DNA of 64,000 bases, taken from contig NW_003314276.1 of assembly GCF_000143415.4 (NCBI RefSeq), positions 248,899-312,898 on the forward strand, written 5' to 3'. The position numbers and the translations under genes are program-made. The notes under the pieces are model-generated. The model saw nothing but the letters and a program-made list of their open reading frames with translations. It had not been told where the DNA came from and searched no databases. Within the stretch, counting starts at the first letter, position 1. Each line of letters begins with the position of its first letter. Origin of the DNA: Selaginella moellendorffii (Eukaryota; Plantae; Lycopodiophyta). Shown piece after piece: positions 14,068-26,589 of this stretch.

Positions 14068-17000
14068 TGTCGCGCATGTGACTTCGGGTATCGAAAGTTA
14101 CCTGTCGGCTAGTCCTTACGGACACTCTTACCTTACTGCCACGATGGCAGGAGGTCGGTATTGCTGGACCCGTTATCAGTTTCCACCTAAGCTAGTTGAG
14201 AAACTGGTCATCACATGTGCACTTAGACCGGAAGGGCACTAAGGAAGGAAATCCTAAGTTGTCATTTAGTCAAGCAGACTTGACACGGTGATGAGAAACT
14301 CATGATGTTGGCTTGCACTTGCTAGTGTTAGGAACCCCCGCGATATTGAGATTGGTCCCTCAATATTCGCTAGATGATAGCTTACCGTGTCTGCCAAACA
14401 CCCTCGCTATCATGCCCTTTGTGTTAGTCTCATTTCGGTCCCAAATACTATTTATGGAAAGTGTCTAGATTTGCTCATTTGGCATATCTACGGAATGTAG
14501 AGATCGGCCTGAACACAATGGTGTTCGTCCCGTGTCCAAATTCACAATCTAAGGACATTCCATATTTAGTAAGTTTCGAGTTTGTCCCAGAGACTAACTC
14601 CTGATACTAAGGGAGGCTTGGGGTGAAAGCCCAAAGCGTGTGTTCCTCAAGGGGGGGGGGCTATGGGGGGTTCCAAATGTATAGTAGGGATAGTGGGTAG
14701 GTCGGGCATGGCCGACCAACCTGAGGCATAGTCTAGCTCCCGCTTGCGTGCCTGTCCTTGTTCTGCGTCCGGCTTGGGTCTAAGCCCAAGTTCCATTCCA
14801 TGCTAGTTGGTGGAGTACCCATATCCTCACGTTAGGCCACCGGTATGCCGAAATAGCGCCAGACTCCGTTTGGCTCCGTTTTGCGTGCTGGTCCTGGCAT
14901 TGGTATGCTGGTTGCTCCAGGACTGTTCCAAGTCACTCCGGGCTCCTGTCCCTTCGCTCCTTGGGCTATATGCTCGGGAGTTGCTCCGTGGTCCGGTTTC
15001 ATCACTCCTTGGCGTCACGCTTGGGAGTTTGGCACCGTTCCTTCGTTCAGTGGCCCAAGGCCCTGAACCTCGGGTTCCTATGGACACGTGGCACGGACAC
15101 GTGGTATGTGACACATGGCATCTGTCACGTGGCACAAAGAGGGTTTAGGTTCCGCTTCGTGGTGTTATCCTATGGTAAATCACCATAGGATAAAGGGTCA
15201 AAACCACGTGCGCTACACCCCACCATCAGCTCTACGAGCTTGCCTTTATGACACTTCTTATTTGTGTCTAGGTCTTTGCCAAGACTAATACAATTGTGTC
15301 TCATGCCAACTATCTGTTAGCACTGCACTATATAGTTTACACACAAGTTTGTGTCAAAGTTGCTTTCTTCTAGGAACCTCTTTCCTATAACTTCAGTATG
15401 GCATATTCTGCCATCAATGAGATACCCACTATTCTCAAACTTGGATCTTATGATCCTCTCCATCCTTCGTGGGGTACAACACACCTCAGTCCAAATGCTT
15501 CCACTAGTCCTTTAGGACCATTTCTTGACTCCACTCGAGTTATCTAGCTTTTTGGACTTCACTAATCCGACGACCTATAAGGTCCCATTTTTTAAGTGCT
15601 AGCTCGTTATAATACAACTTCTTGTATTCATATCCTACCTATAAAGACCATTTTTGCAAGTGTTACTTCAACACTTGATTATTCTTTGTTCTATGTGGGT
15701 TACTTTTGCCCCTTAGGACTATTTGTCCATATGATGAGAATACCAACTCATCCTCTAAATACACCCCCAATCCCTTGGGTTGTTCTAGCATTTATCAAGG
15801 GTAGCCTCGGCTACCATTTCAAGGACTTGTATCCTCTTCTGTATTTGACTTTCCATGGTTATTAATTTTGGTCTCAAATTCATGAGCACCAACCTCAACT
15901 ATATGAGGATAATCTTCCTTTATAGTTTTGGAGTCTTTATTTTTCCCATGATCCCAACTATAGTTGTTTACCACAACTACATTAGCTAATTTGCTGAGTC
16001 AAATGTTCATCTAGATCACATCCTCAACTCTTTAAGGAAAACCTTATATTATTCCCAAGATCCCGAAGTCGTTCCATTATTAGCCCTTTTCTATCCACTA
16101 CTTCACCTACAAGTTCACACATGAACTATAGTGGAGAGCCATGTCTTCCCGACTTGCTATTCCTCAAGGATAGGCCCACTCTTAGGACCTTCCAATGCCA
16201 ACACCAATGGTGATATACTTGAGCACCAATAAAAGTCGGACTAAGGAATAACTCCGATATCAAATTGTAAGTGACTAATTTTGTCATCCTACTTTAGCCA
16301 CTTAACCACACCTTTGATCACTTGGAGGAGTCTCACTTACAACCTCCATAGGTCTTATTCCAAACTTGGGGCTTGCTATCCCCGAAAATGGCATCCCTAC
16401 CACTTAACCTTTGCACTTGGTTTAAGTGCTCTATATGTTCGGTCCCAAGACCAACACCCCAAGGTACCACCGACATACCAGTCCATTACACTAAGGTGAT
16501 ACCCATTCACCTTGGTCACATTGGTCCAACACCACTTGTATTGTAGTCCCGTCTCTCAACGACTGGGCCATCCGTCCAGAAGTGACCATCCAAGATCCAC
16601 TCCTTAGCATCCTTAAGATGCCCGAAAACAAGGGGAACCACCTTCCCCAATATCCCTTTTACAGTCCCCACCAAGTCCCTTATCTATCCATGGCCGAATT
16701 TGCCTACACGACCACTGGGACAAGGATTGTGGTCTTACGCAAGCCTCGTGGGTACTCTCCCCACTTTCCACCTTTGGGTGCTCTAGCCATAGGCTTAGAG
16801 CCAGGTTCTATTGAGCCACGCCAGGTATCCAAGTAGGTAGTGCCACCCACACTTGGACTGGGAGCATCGATCATTCGATCTCCCGGGGGAACTAGAGTTG
16901 GCTCTTGGACACTTAACCAAGCTACCCCGCTTGATAGTCTGTATTCACTCTAGCCTTTGATCTCCCAATGGTTATCCCATCACCCAACACCTAGATACAG

Positions 17001-18502
17001 CCTTCCTGGGCCAAACTGGCCTTTCCTGGCCAAATTGGCTCCACTGGAGTCCTCCCCCTACTAAACTTTTGGAGCTCACCAAACCCCCTAGGGTTTGAGA
17101 GAAGAACGCTTTGGGCTTTCACCCTCTAACTTGGACTCAAACTCAGACTCGGGCTTGAGCTCGGTCTTGGCCTCGGCCTCGGTCTCGGTCTCAGTCTTGG
17201 TCCCGGTCTCGGTCCTGGTTCTGGTCTCGGTCTCGGTCTTGACCTCAGACTCCATGTGGGGTCCTTCTTGGACTCCATCTCAATCCATCTCGGGTCCATT
17301 TCAGACTCCATCTCAGGTCCATCTCAGACTCCACCATGTGTCATGTATTGATCCTCTTGTGTCCCTTTTCTAAAGACTCTCTTATTGCTCACTTCATGCT
17401 CATTCCTTGAGCACTTCGTTGGGAGTCCCACTCTTGCTCTCAAACTTTCAAGTCAAAGCTTTTACTCCAAACGTGTTACGCTCGTTGGGTTTTTGCTTCG
17501 GCCACTACCACATGACACCCTTTTGGCTCCACTTTGGGGCTTAGGGATTTGTGTCTTACACCAAGTAGGTAGTTCCACCCACACTTGGATTAGGAGCATC
17601 AACCATTCGATCTCCTGGGGAAGCTAGGGCTGGCTCTTGAACACTTTATTAAGTTACCGCACTTGTCCATCTATGTTCACTCTAGCCTTGGTTCACAGTG
17701 GCCTTTTCTAGCCAAATTGGCTCCACTAGAGTCCTCCCCCTACTATACTTTTGGAACTCACTAAATCCCCTAGGTTCTGGGAGATGATCGCTTTGGGCTT
17801 TCACCCTCAGACTCAAACTCAGACTCAATCTCAGTCTTGGTCTTGGTCTACGTCTTTATCTCGGTCTTGGTCTAGGACTTAGTCCTTGTCTCAATCTCGG
17901 ACTCAGTCTCGGTTTCAGACTTGGTCTCGATCTCAATCTTGGTCTCGATCTCGGTCTAAGTCTCAACCTTGGCCTCAATCTAGGACTTAGTCTCAGTCTT
18001 ACTCTTGGTCTCCACCTTGGCCTTAGACCTGACCTCGGTCACCCTCTCAAACTTGACCTCAGACTCCATCTCAGGTCCATCTTGGGTCCATCTTGGACTC
18101 CATCTCGGGTCCATCTTAGACTCCATCTCAAGTCCATCTCAAACTCCATCTCGGTCCATATTAAACTCCATCTCGAACTCTATCTCAAGTCCATAATTGA
18201 CTCCATCTTAGGTCTATATTGGATTCCTTCTCGGACTCCTTTTTTGACTCATTCCTGACACTTTCATATGTCATAACATACATCATGTATTAGTCTTTCT
18301 TGTGTCCTTTTTTAGAGACTCATTCACTAATTGCTTTGTAATCATTCCTTGAGCATTTTGTTTGGAGTTCCACTCCCACTCTCGACTTTCCAAGTCGAAG
18401 ATTTTAGTCCAAACATATTATGCTTGTTGGCCTTCCATTTTGACCACTATTATGTGGCACCTTTTTGGCTCCACTTTGGGGTTTAGGGATTTATGTCTCA
18501 CA

Positions 18503-19000
18503 CAATATTGCTGGAAAATCCTTCTTGACCTTTTGTTGCACATCCATTTAGGTCAAACCTTTGATGAAACATTGCACCTTAAGTACCTCATTGTAGGTGT
18601 CTATGAGACTAAGGCAAAAATCATAGAACTTGCAAGCATATATATCTAAAGACAAAGTCCCTTGCCAGATCTCTAATAGCTAGTTCACGAGATTAATCTC
18701 TTCAAACTTCTTGACAAATGAAGCATGGAAAACCTTCATTAAATCACTCCAAGAAGTAGCTTTGATGTAGTTCTTCGCTCATGAAGAAGCATAACCTGTA
18801 AGCTTCGTCATAAAAAAAATTCAATCTTCACCTTATCCTCATAAGGATTGTAAGACTAACAACTTTCCCACATTTCCAACCAAGAATCAACCTTCTGGTT
18901 ATCACAAAAATCTGATGATGACTTCCATTCCACAATACCAATTTGACTTTTATTGGTAGTCAAATATATCACCACTTATATTGGCATCAAAAGGTCTTAG
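18503..19000 (-). pseudogene. Degenerate Ty3 gag remnant (probably continues at ~300-1529)
   Basis: Minus-strand translation near 18700-18810 gives TKLTGYASS*AKNYIKATSWSDLMKVF, which resembles the retrotransposon gag L.G.A..WW....W..L motif. Heavily decayed. Confidence 0.4.
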
Positions 19001-19546
19001 AAGTGGGCCTATCTTTTAGGAGTAGTATGTTGACAAGGCATGACTTTTTACTTTAATTCATACCTAAACATATAGGCAATGTGGTGGTTAATAAGGGAAT
19101 GACTTTGGGATCTTAGAAATAGTAAAAGGTTTTTCTCAAAGATCCATATTAGTGATCTAATTTAGTGTTTAACTTTAAAAACTGACTAATGTGGTTGCAG
19201 TAGACAACTACAATTAGGATCACGAGAATGATAGAAACTCCTAGACGATAAAGGAGTCATAAAATTATCCTCATATAATTGAGGATGGTGTTCATGAATT
19301 TAAAACTAGAGTCAATGACTTTAGGAGGTAAAAAATTGTCGTGAATGTGATTTTGATTATGGAAAATTACCTATCAGCTAGTCCTTTCCGATATTCTTTC
19401 CTTACTACCACAATGGTAAGAGGTCAGTATTACTAGTTCCCTTTATCAGCCCCTCTTGTTCAAGTGTTAGTTTACTGGGCTTAGCATCTGTACTTAGCCA
19501 GATGAACATAAGGTAAGAACTCTTATGTGTTTCTAGTTGAGCATTC

Positions 19547-21330
19547 TATGAAACACAAATCCCTAAGCCCCAAAGTGGAGCCGAAAGGGTGCCATGTGTA
19601 TGTAAACTCTTGAGTTTGGACTTCCCTGGAGGTCACCCAGCCCAGTACTATTCAAACCCAAGGACGCTTAACCCCAAATATCCTAAGACCCTTAACCATT
19701 TGGAAAACGGGGTGCACTCTTATTCATGGGCCCTTTCCCTCTATATTTGAACCCCATGGACCGTCTCTCAAATCGTTCTCTTTGGTTACTTACAATCCAC
19801 CACGCTTCCCTGCATGTTCACGCCCTCATGAACGGAAGTTGAGAGCCGCAGCTCTCCTGAGAGCCCCACTCTCTTGACACCCTACCCCTCGGGTCGAGCC
19901 CAGCGGGAGCAAACTGGACCAGCCAGATGTCAATCAACATGTGGTGCGATTCCCTTAGCCAACTAACAGAGTCAGACCCAAGACCGCTCTGATACCAAAT
20001 GTAAACTCCTAAGTTTGGACTTCCCGGGAGGTCACCCAGCCCAATACTATTCAAACCCAAGGATGCTTAACCCCAAGTATCTCAAGACCCTTAACTAATT
20101 GGAAAAAGGGGTGCACTCTTATTCATGGGCCCTTTCCCTCTATATTTGAACCCCATGGATCATCTCTCGAGTTGTCCCCTTTGGTTGCTTACAGTGTAGT
20201 GGCCGAAGTGAAAGCCAAATGAGCGTAACACATTTTGACTAAAAGCTCTGACTTGAAAGGTCGAGAGCGGGAGTGGAACTCCCAACAGAGTGCTCAAGGA
20301 ACAAGCATGGAGCGAGCCGTAAGAGAGTCTCTAGAAAAGGGACACGAGATGGACCCGAGATGGAATCCGAGATGGACCAAGATGGAGTCCGAGATGGACC
20401 GAAATGGACCCAAGATGGACTGAGATAGAGTCCGAGATGGAGTCCAAGATGGACCCAAGATAGAGTCCGAGATGGACCCGAGATGGAGTCCGAGATGTAG
20501 TCCGAGATGGACCCGAGATGGAGTCCGAAATGGACGCGAGATGGACTGAGATGGAGTCCAAGAATGACCCCACATGGAGTCTGAGGTCGAGACCGAGACC
20601 GGAACCGGGATCTGGATCGGGACCGGGACCAAGACTGAGAGCGAGACCGAGATCGAGACCGAGACTGAGACCGAGACCGAGGCCGAGGCCAAGACCGAGC
20701 CCAAGCCCAAGTCTGAGTTTGAGTCCAAGTTAGAGGGTGAAAGCCCAAAACGTTCTTCTCCCAAACCCTAGGGGGTTTGGTGAACTCCAAAAGTTTAATA
20801 GGGGGAGGACTCTAGTGGAGCCAGTTTGGCCAGGAATGGCTAGTTTGGCCCAGGAAGGCTGTATCTAGATGTTGGGTGATAGGATAACCACTAGGAGGTC
20901 CAAGGCTAGAGTAAATATAGACTGACAAGTAGGGTAGCTTGGTGAAGTGTTCAAGAGCTGACTCTAGTTCTCCCAGAAGATCGAATAGCCAATGCTCTCA
21001 GTCCAAGTGTGGGTGGCACTACCTACTTGGATACCTGGCATGGCTCAAGGGAACCTTGATCTAAGCCTACGGCTAGAGCACTAAAAGGCAGAAGGTGGGG
21101 AGAGTATCCATGAGGCTCGCATAGGGCCACGGTGTTCCAAAATGTTGTCCCAAAGTCCCAAACTATGGAAAGGAAAAGAGGCAATCCTCTGGTGTAGTGA
21201 CCATCACTACAATCACATGGTGTGGAAGTCCTAAAGGATAGTGGGAATTAGTGGTCGGGCCTGTGAGCTTTGACCTAGTGGCAATGTTCGTGAATACAAC
21301 CATGGATAGAAAGGGACTTGGTGGGGACTG
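19547..21330 (+). mobile_element. Truncated family A LTR containing a Cassandra TRIM; its 3' part appears inverted at ~22434-22831
   Basis: Collinear with 5811-7035, including the hexamer array at ~20345-20730. Confidence 0.75.
19601..20193 (-). mobile_element. Cassandra-type TRIM (593 bp) with 5S-rRNA-like LTRs
   Basis: 194-bp LTRs at 20000-20193 and 19601-19794. PBS TGGTATCAGAGC (minus). Perfect TSD GTGTA. LTRs contain GTTAAGC..CTTGGG..TAGTA.TGGG.TGGGTGACCTCC.GGGAAGTCC, the 5S A/C-box region. Confidence 0.92.
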
Positions 21331-23534
21331 TCACTTCAGCCTAGTGATGCTTATCTGATCTTCTGCCAACACAGCTCAGTTGCTTTCTACTTGCTAATAG
21401 CAGCTTCAAAACCAAACAGGCATGTGCATCTAGCTTAGTTACTCTCTACTTGCTAGTGGCAGCCTTGTAACATGAAAAAATCATGACTTTGCAACACATT
21501 GCATATGCCAACACAAAATCTCCAAACATACTTACTTACTTTGGGACATTGATAAAAACATCTTTGTTTGTTCAAATAAAAGAACCTATATCCACAGAAC
21601 ATATGTGAGGATACTCCAATCTAAGCCAGACTCAAGATGGTTGTAAGTAATAAAACACTCTCTACTTTAAAGCACACTCCAAGAAATGCTATTAAACTCA
21701 AATATCTTGATAGGTGAGCCTTTGTTTTGTTGCTTCCCACTTTATTCTCCAGCTCTATTCTTGAGATCTTAGAATCTCTTGAAGCATGTGTTGCACCCAA
21801 GACTTGGGATTTAGAGGGTCCCATGATCAAGTCTTGTGGTACCAAGGGATGTTAGGAACCTGGAGGCTTGGTGTGCTTGGCTGCTTGTGCCTGCGGGGAG
21901 TGTAGCCGAACCTTAAGTTCAATCTCACTCGAGGAGGGGGATTGGGAGTGATTTGGGAATCCATGGCTGGATGGCTAACACTCCATTGTTCGTGCAATGA
22001 GTAGCTGAAACTAAGTAGGACTAAGTAGGAGCTGGTACCATAGGTAGGAACCTTGGCGAGGGAACTTAACTAATGCCAAGGTAGTGTTGGTCGAATAGAC
22101 GAGGTAAGTTGGCAAATTAGAAAGGAAAAATTTATGGCTTATAAGCAGCCACAAATCATCCCATCCCCTCTAAACACACTTCATCATTCTCTCTTGTACT
22201 CCTGTGCAATGCAATAATGCATTGGGCCTTCTAGCTCAACCAATTGGTCCTTTTGACCAATAGGTGAGTTGGGTAGCTATGGTTTTGCTTAACCCCCTTC
22301 TTTTGTGTGATTTACCTATGTGGTAGATTTGGGATATTCCATGGATGACAATTTGGCATACCTAATTGATACAACCATATGTCAAGCCAGTGCAAGACAA
22401 AGCAAAAGAGAACTAAGATCTAGACCGAGAATGTGTAAGCGACTTGGGGGAATGTCTCAAGTCGACATTTTACTTTAGTCACTTAACCACACATCTGACC
22501 ACTTGGAGGAGTCTCACTCACAACCTCTATAAGTCCTATTCTAGACTTGGGGCTGACTAGCCCCAAGAATGGCATCCCTGCCACTCAACCTTTGCACTTG
22601 GTCCAAATGTTCCACATGTCTGATCCCATGACTGACACCCAAAGGTAAAACTGACATATTAGCCCGTTACGGTAAGGCCATGTCCTTTCACCTTTGCCAC
22701 ACTAGTGGTCCAACACCACTTGCACCATAGTCCCATCTCTCACAAACTGGGCTATCCATCCATGAGTGGTTATCCCAAATCCACTCCTTAGTATCCTTAG
22801 GATGCCCACAGTCATGGGGAATAGCCTTCCCTAACAAGAACCCAATGGTGTTTGTCCTATGTCTAAATTTGCAATCTAGTGACATTCCATATTTAGTAAG
22901 TTTCAAATTTGTCTCAGAGACTAACTCCTGGTATTAAGTGCGGCTTGGGGTGAAAGCCCAAAGCATGTGATCCTCAAGCGGGGTGGCTGTGGGGGGTGTG
23001 AGGGTTCCAAATGTATAGTAGGGATAGTGGGTAGGTTGGGCATGGTCAACCAACTTGAGACATAGTCTAGCTCCCACTTGCATGCTTGTCCTTGTTTTGT
23101 GTCCAGCTTGGGTCTAACCCAAAGTTCCATTCCATGCTAGCTAATGGAGTACCCATCTCCTTGTGTTAGGCCACTAGTATGCCGAAATAACACCAAACTC
23201 CCTTTGGCTCCGTTTTGCATGTTGGTCCTGGCATTAGGATGTTGGTTGCTCTAGAACTAATCCAAGTTGCTCCGTGCTCCTGTCCCTTTGCTCCTTGGGC
23301 TGTATGCTCGGGGGTTGTTCCATGCTCCAGTGTTATTTCTCTTTGGCTCCATGCTTGGGAGTTTGGCACCATTCCTTCATTTAGTGGCCCAAGGCCCTGA
23401 AACTTAGGTTCCACACCATTGTCTTTTGGACATGTGGCATATGACACATGGCACATTAAGGGTTTAGGTTCCGCTTCGTGGTTATCCTATGGTAAAACAC
23501 CATAGAATAAAGGGTGAAAACCACGTGTGCTGCA

Positions 23535-26500
23535 CATGAATGAGGACATATGTCCTTGAAATGATAGCTAGGAGAACAACCAAAGAAGTTCTGGGGGGGT
23601 ATTTAAAGGATAAATTGGTGTTCTCATCATATGGAAGTATAGTTCTAAAGAGAAATAATAACCCACGTAGAACAAAGGAAAATCAAGTGTTGGAGTAACA
23701 CTTGCAAAGATGGTCCTTATAAATAAGATATGAATACAAAAGATTGTATTCAAGTGTGGTAGCAAAAAGTAGCCAAGAGGCTAAAACTTTACAACACTTC
23801 GGAATAATAAAGTCCAAAAGCTAGATGGCTTAATAGAGTCAAAGGATGATCCCAAAGGCTTGGAGGAATCTTGTTTGGATAGAGGTGTGTTATACCTGGT
23901 GAAAGACTAAGAAAATCATGACTTCCAAATATGAAAATAGTAGATATCTCATTGATGGTGAAAAGTGCCATATTAAAGTCGTGAAAATGTGTTCACGGAA
24001 GTAAACAACTTTGGCAAAGAGTTGTGTATAAGAATTATAAAGCAGTATTAACCAATAGTGGGCATAAGAAATGACTGTTTTGGTTGTGGTAGATACAAGT
24101 GGAAAGTGTCATGAGGGAAGGCTCATGGAGCTGATGTGGTAACTGTCTCAAGGGTTTATGCCTTTAAGGTCAAGTTGGTTGGTTTATAAGAACCCTTTGT
24201 CAAAGGAGACCCCAATGGAAATGGGGTTGGCATATCTTGGATATGGTTGGATTCATGTGCTTATATTAAATATTGATGGAGGTGTAGAAACACCACCAAT
24301 GAGTTGTAGGATAGGATAACTATAAAGCAAAAGTCTATAATAATTTGTTAGAACTAACTTCCTAAGACATCTTAGTTGGATAAAGAGGTTAAATACATCC
24401 CTTAAGGGATGTTGTGTGTATATTACAATATAATGGGTCAATATCAATAAGATATGCTCATCACGGAAATATATAAGCACCTTAAAAACACCAAAGAGGT
24501 GGTGTTTAGGTATTATTGAGGCATTAGATAAATCTCTATAGAATAATAAATAAAAAGTGTTATTCAATATCCAAGGTTGACAAAAGCTAAAGATAGGGTA
24601 AACTTAACTATCCAAAGTGGATAAAACCAAAAAGGATTTTGTCATAGATAGCAATGAATATAAAGATGTCTATGAGTAGTGATGTTAATCCTGGTGTATG
24701 AGATTAGAAGATGAGCATATCCAGATTGAAGAATCACTCATAAGTCATTAAGTAGATTCATCCCTAAGAATGTTTACTAAGACATGGTAGAAATTGCAAA
24801 GCTACCTTCCTAGTCTGAAGGAGAATAATTGAAGGGAATATGTAAAGATAAAACCAAGTATTAAAGGGATAGAACTAAACTATAAGAATCAAAAGGCATA
24901 GCAAAAAGTGGTTATATAAGTTGGGAGTGCAAAATCAAATGGGTGCTCGAAAATGTTACTACTAATAACTATAGTGTCATGGTGAGTATAAAGTATGAAA
25001 TTACCCATGGCAATTAAGAACCTTGCAAAAAGAGAAGCTTTAGCAAGCTAAAAGATAGAGTCCCTTCAATGTTGGCAAAAACAAATCTATGTAAGTTAGT
25101 ACCTAGAAAGAAAAATTTAAATGGTTCATAAGAATGCATAATATTAAAGTGGCATACCAGAAACACAGCCTTGAAGCTTGTCATGATACAAGACTATCAA
25201 GATTAAAGAAATAGTTCCCAAGTGTTAAAAAATATGACTTTGAACACCTCCTAAACTTAGCAAAGTATAGCCTAACCAAAAGATATCTCAAAGATAAAGG
25301 TAGTGATCCTATGTTGCTTGGTGTTGCAATCAAAGGATATGGACCTTGGAAGATGCTAAAAGGAATCCAAAATGTAAATTAGACAAGTAACCACTGGGTG
25401 GTGGATGCTAATGGATTGTGGGAAAATAAATATGTTTTTAAGGATAGGATTTCCAAGTGCTCTAATTTGGTGAAGGTGAAAGTTTTAGCCAAATGATAGG
25501 TTATAGATAGCCTTAACACAAATTATAGATAAATGGAACTTAGTGCTTAGGGTGGCACAAAATAAAAGAGAGGATGATAGTGCTCTCAAGTAAAGAATTT
25601 CTTAGGATGAAGAAGTGGAGTATGCACAATATATGCCGAAAACACCTAAGAAATTAACTCAAGAAGTTAATATTAAAGTTCCAAATAGATAGTTATGTTG
25701 ATAGAGGCCAATACTACTCTAGAATGACTAGTAGAATTGAAATAGAGAAGGTATCCCTAATAAGTTTAGCAAAAACTAAACAAATAAAGGGAAAAGACCA
25801 TCACATGTGATCTAATGTGACTCTAAGTTAGAAAGATTATGCTCCTTAGAGGATGGGAGGGCATGGTGAGCCTTTAATGTTGAACTATTGACAAATATTA
25901 GTTTAGTACTAAGGATGAAAATAGCATGAGGTTTATGTTGGGCTGTGGTGTTTTGAAATGTCGTCTTAAAGTCCTAGACTATGGAAAAGAAGAGGAGCAA
26001 CCCTTTTGTATAATGACCAAGGATACATTTGTATAACAAGGAAGTCCTAAAGGTCAATAAAACTTAGTAGTCAAGCCTTCAAGCCCTGACGCATGACAAT
26101 GTTGGCAAGCACAACTGTGAATAACAAGGGATTTGGTGGGGACTGAAGAAGGGATATTAGGGAAAGGTGTTCCCCATGGCATCCTAAGGATGCTAAAGTG
26201 TGGTCATGGGATGACCACTCATGGGCAGATGGCCTAGTTTTTAGGAGACATGACTGTGGTATGGGTGGTCTTGGACTACTAATGAGACAAAGATGACTGA
26301 ATATAGTCTTAGCATAACAGGCTAATATGTCAATAGTACCTTTGGGTGTTTATCATGGGATCAGACATTTGGATTAGGCATATGAAGCACTTAGATCAAG
26401 TGCAAAGGTTATATAGTATATAGGCCATTTACAGGGTTAGCAAGTCCCTAATTCAGGAATAGGACTTATAGAGGTGGTGAGTGAGATCCCTCTAAGTGGT

Positions 26501-26551
26501 CAAAAGTATGGCTAAGTGACTAAAGTACAATGGAAAATTTAGTCATTTACA
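23535..26551 (+). mobile_element. Decayed family A internal region plus partial 3' LTR
   Basis: Diverged reverse-complement match to 15240-15850, 7441-7900 and 3900-5800. Ends in the family A terminus AATTTAGTCATTTACA. Confidence 0.65.
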
Positions 26552-26589
26552 ATAGTAAAGAGTATTGAATTCTTGACTTGCCCAAACTC

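Larger units (their letters stand above)
7927..15217 (+). mobile_element. Young non-autonomous LTR retrotransposon (LARD-like), family C
   Basis: 1150-bp LTRs at 7927-9076 and 14068-15217 (TG..CA) differ at one site that I could see. Perfect TSD CCCCA. PBS TGGTATCAGAG at 9079-9089. PPT AAGGGGGGGAGAG at 14055-14067. The ~5-kb interior has no long ORF. Confidence 0.97.
2209..17560 (-). mobile_element. Full-length but non-coding family A LTR retroelement (Ty3/chromovirus-like), itself interrupted by two insertions
   Basis: LTRs at 16266-17560 (5') and 2209-3864 (3') have TG..CA ends. Degenerate tRNA-Met PBS (TGATATCGGAG on minus, ~16251-16263). PPT-like GGGTGGTGGAGT next to 3864. TSD CCAAA (2204-2208) / CCAAG (17561-17565). 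No intact ORF inside. Confidence 0.8.
1530..18502 (-). mobile_element. Old family A solo LTR split into 1530-2208 and 17561-18502 by a younger element of the same family
   Basis: Starts TGTAAGTGACT at 1530 and ends TGTCTCACA at 18502. The halves join at CCAA(A/G) and restore the order of intact copies. Flanks TAATG/CAATA may be a decayed TSD. Confidence 0.7.
19337..23534 (+). mobile_element. Older family C LTR split by nested insertions (5' part 19337-19546, 3' part ~22843-23534)
   Basis: TGTCGTGAATGTGA... matches the start of the 7927 LTR. ...CCACGTGTGCTGCA matches its end. Confidence 0.7.
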
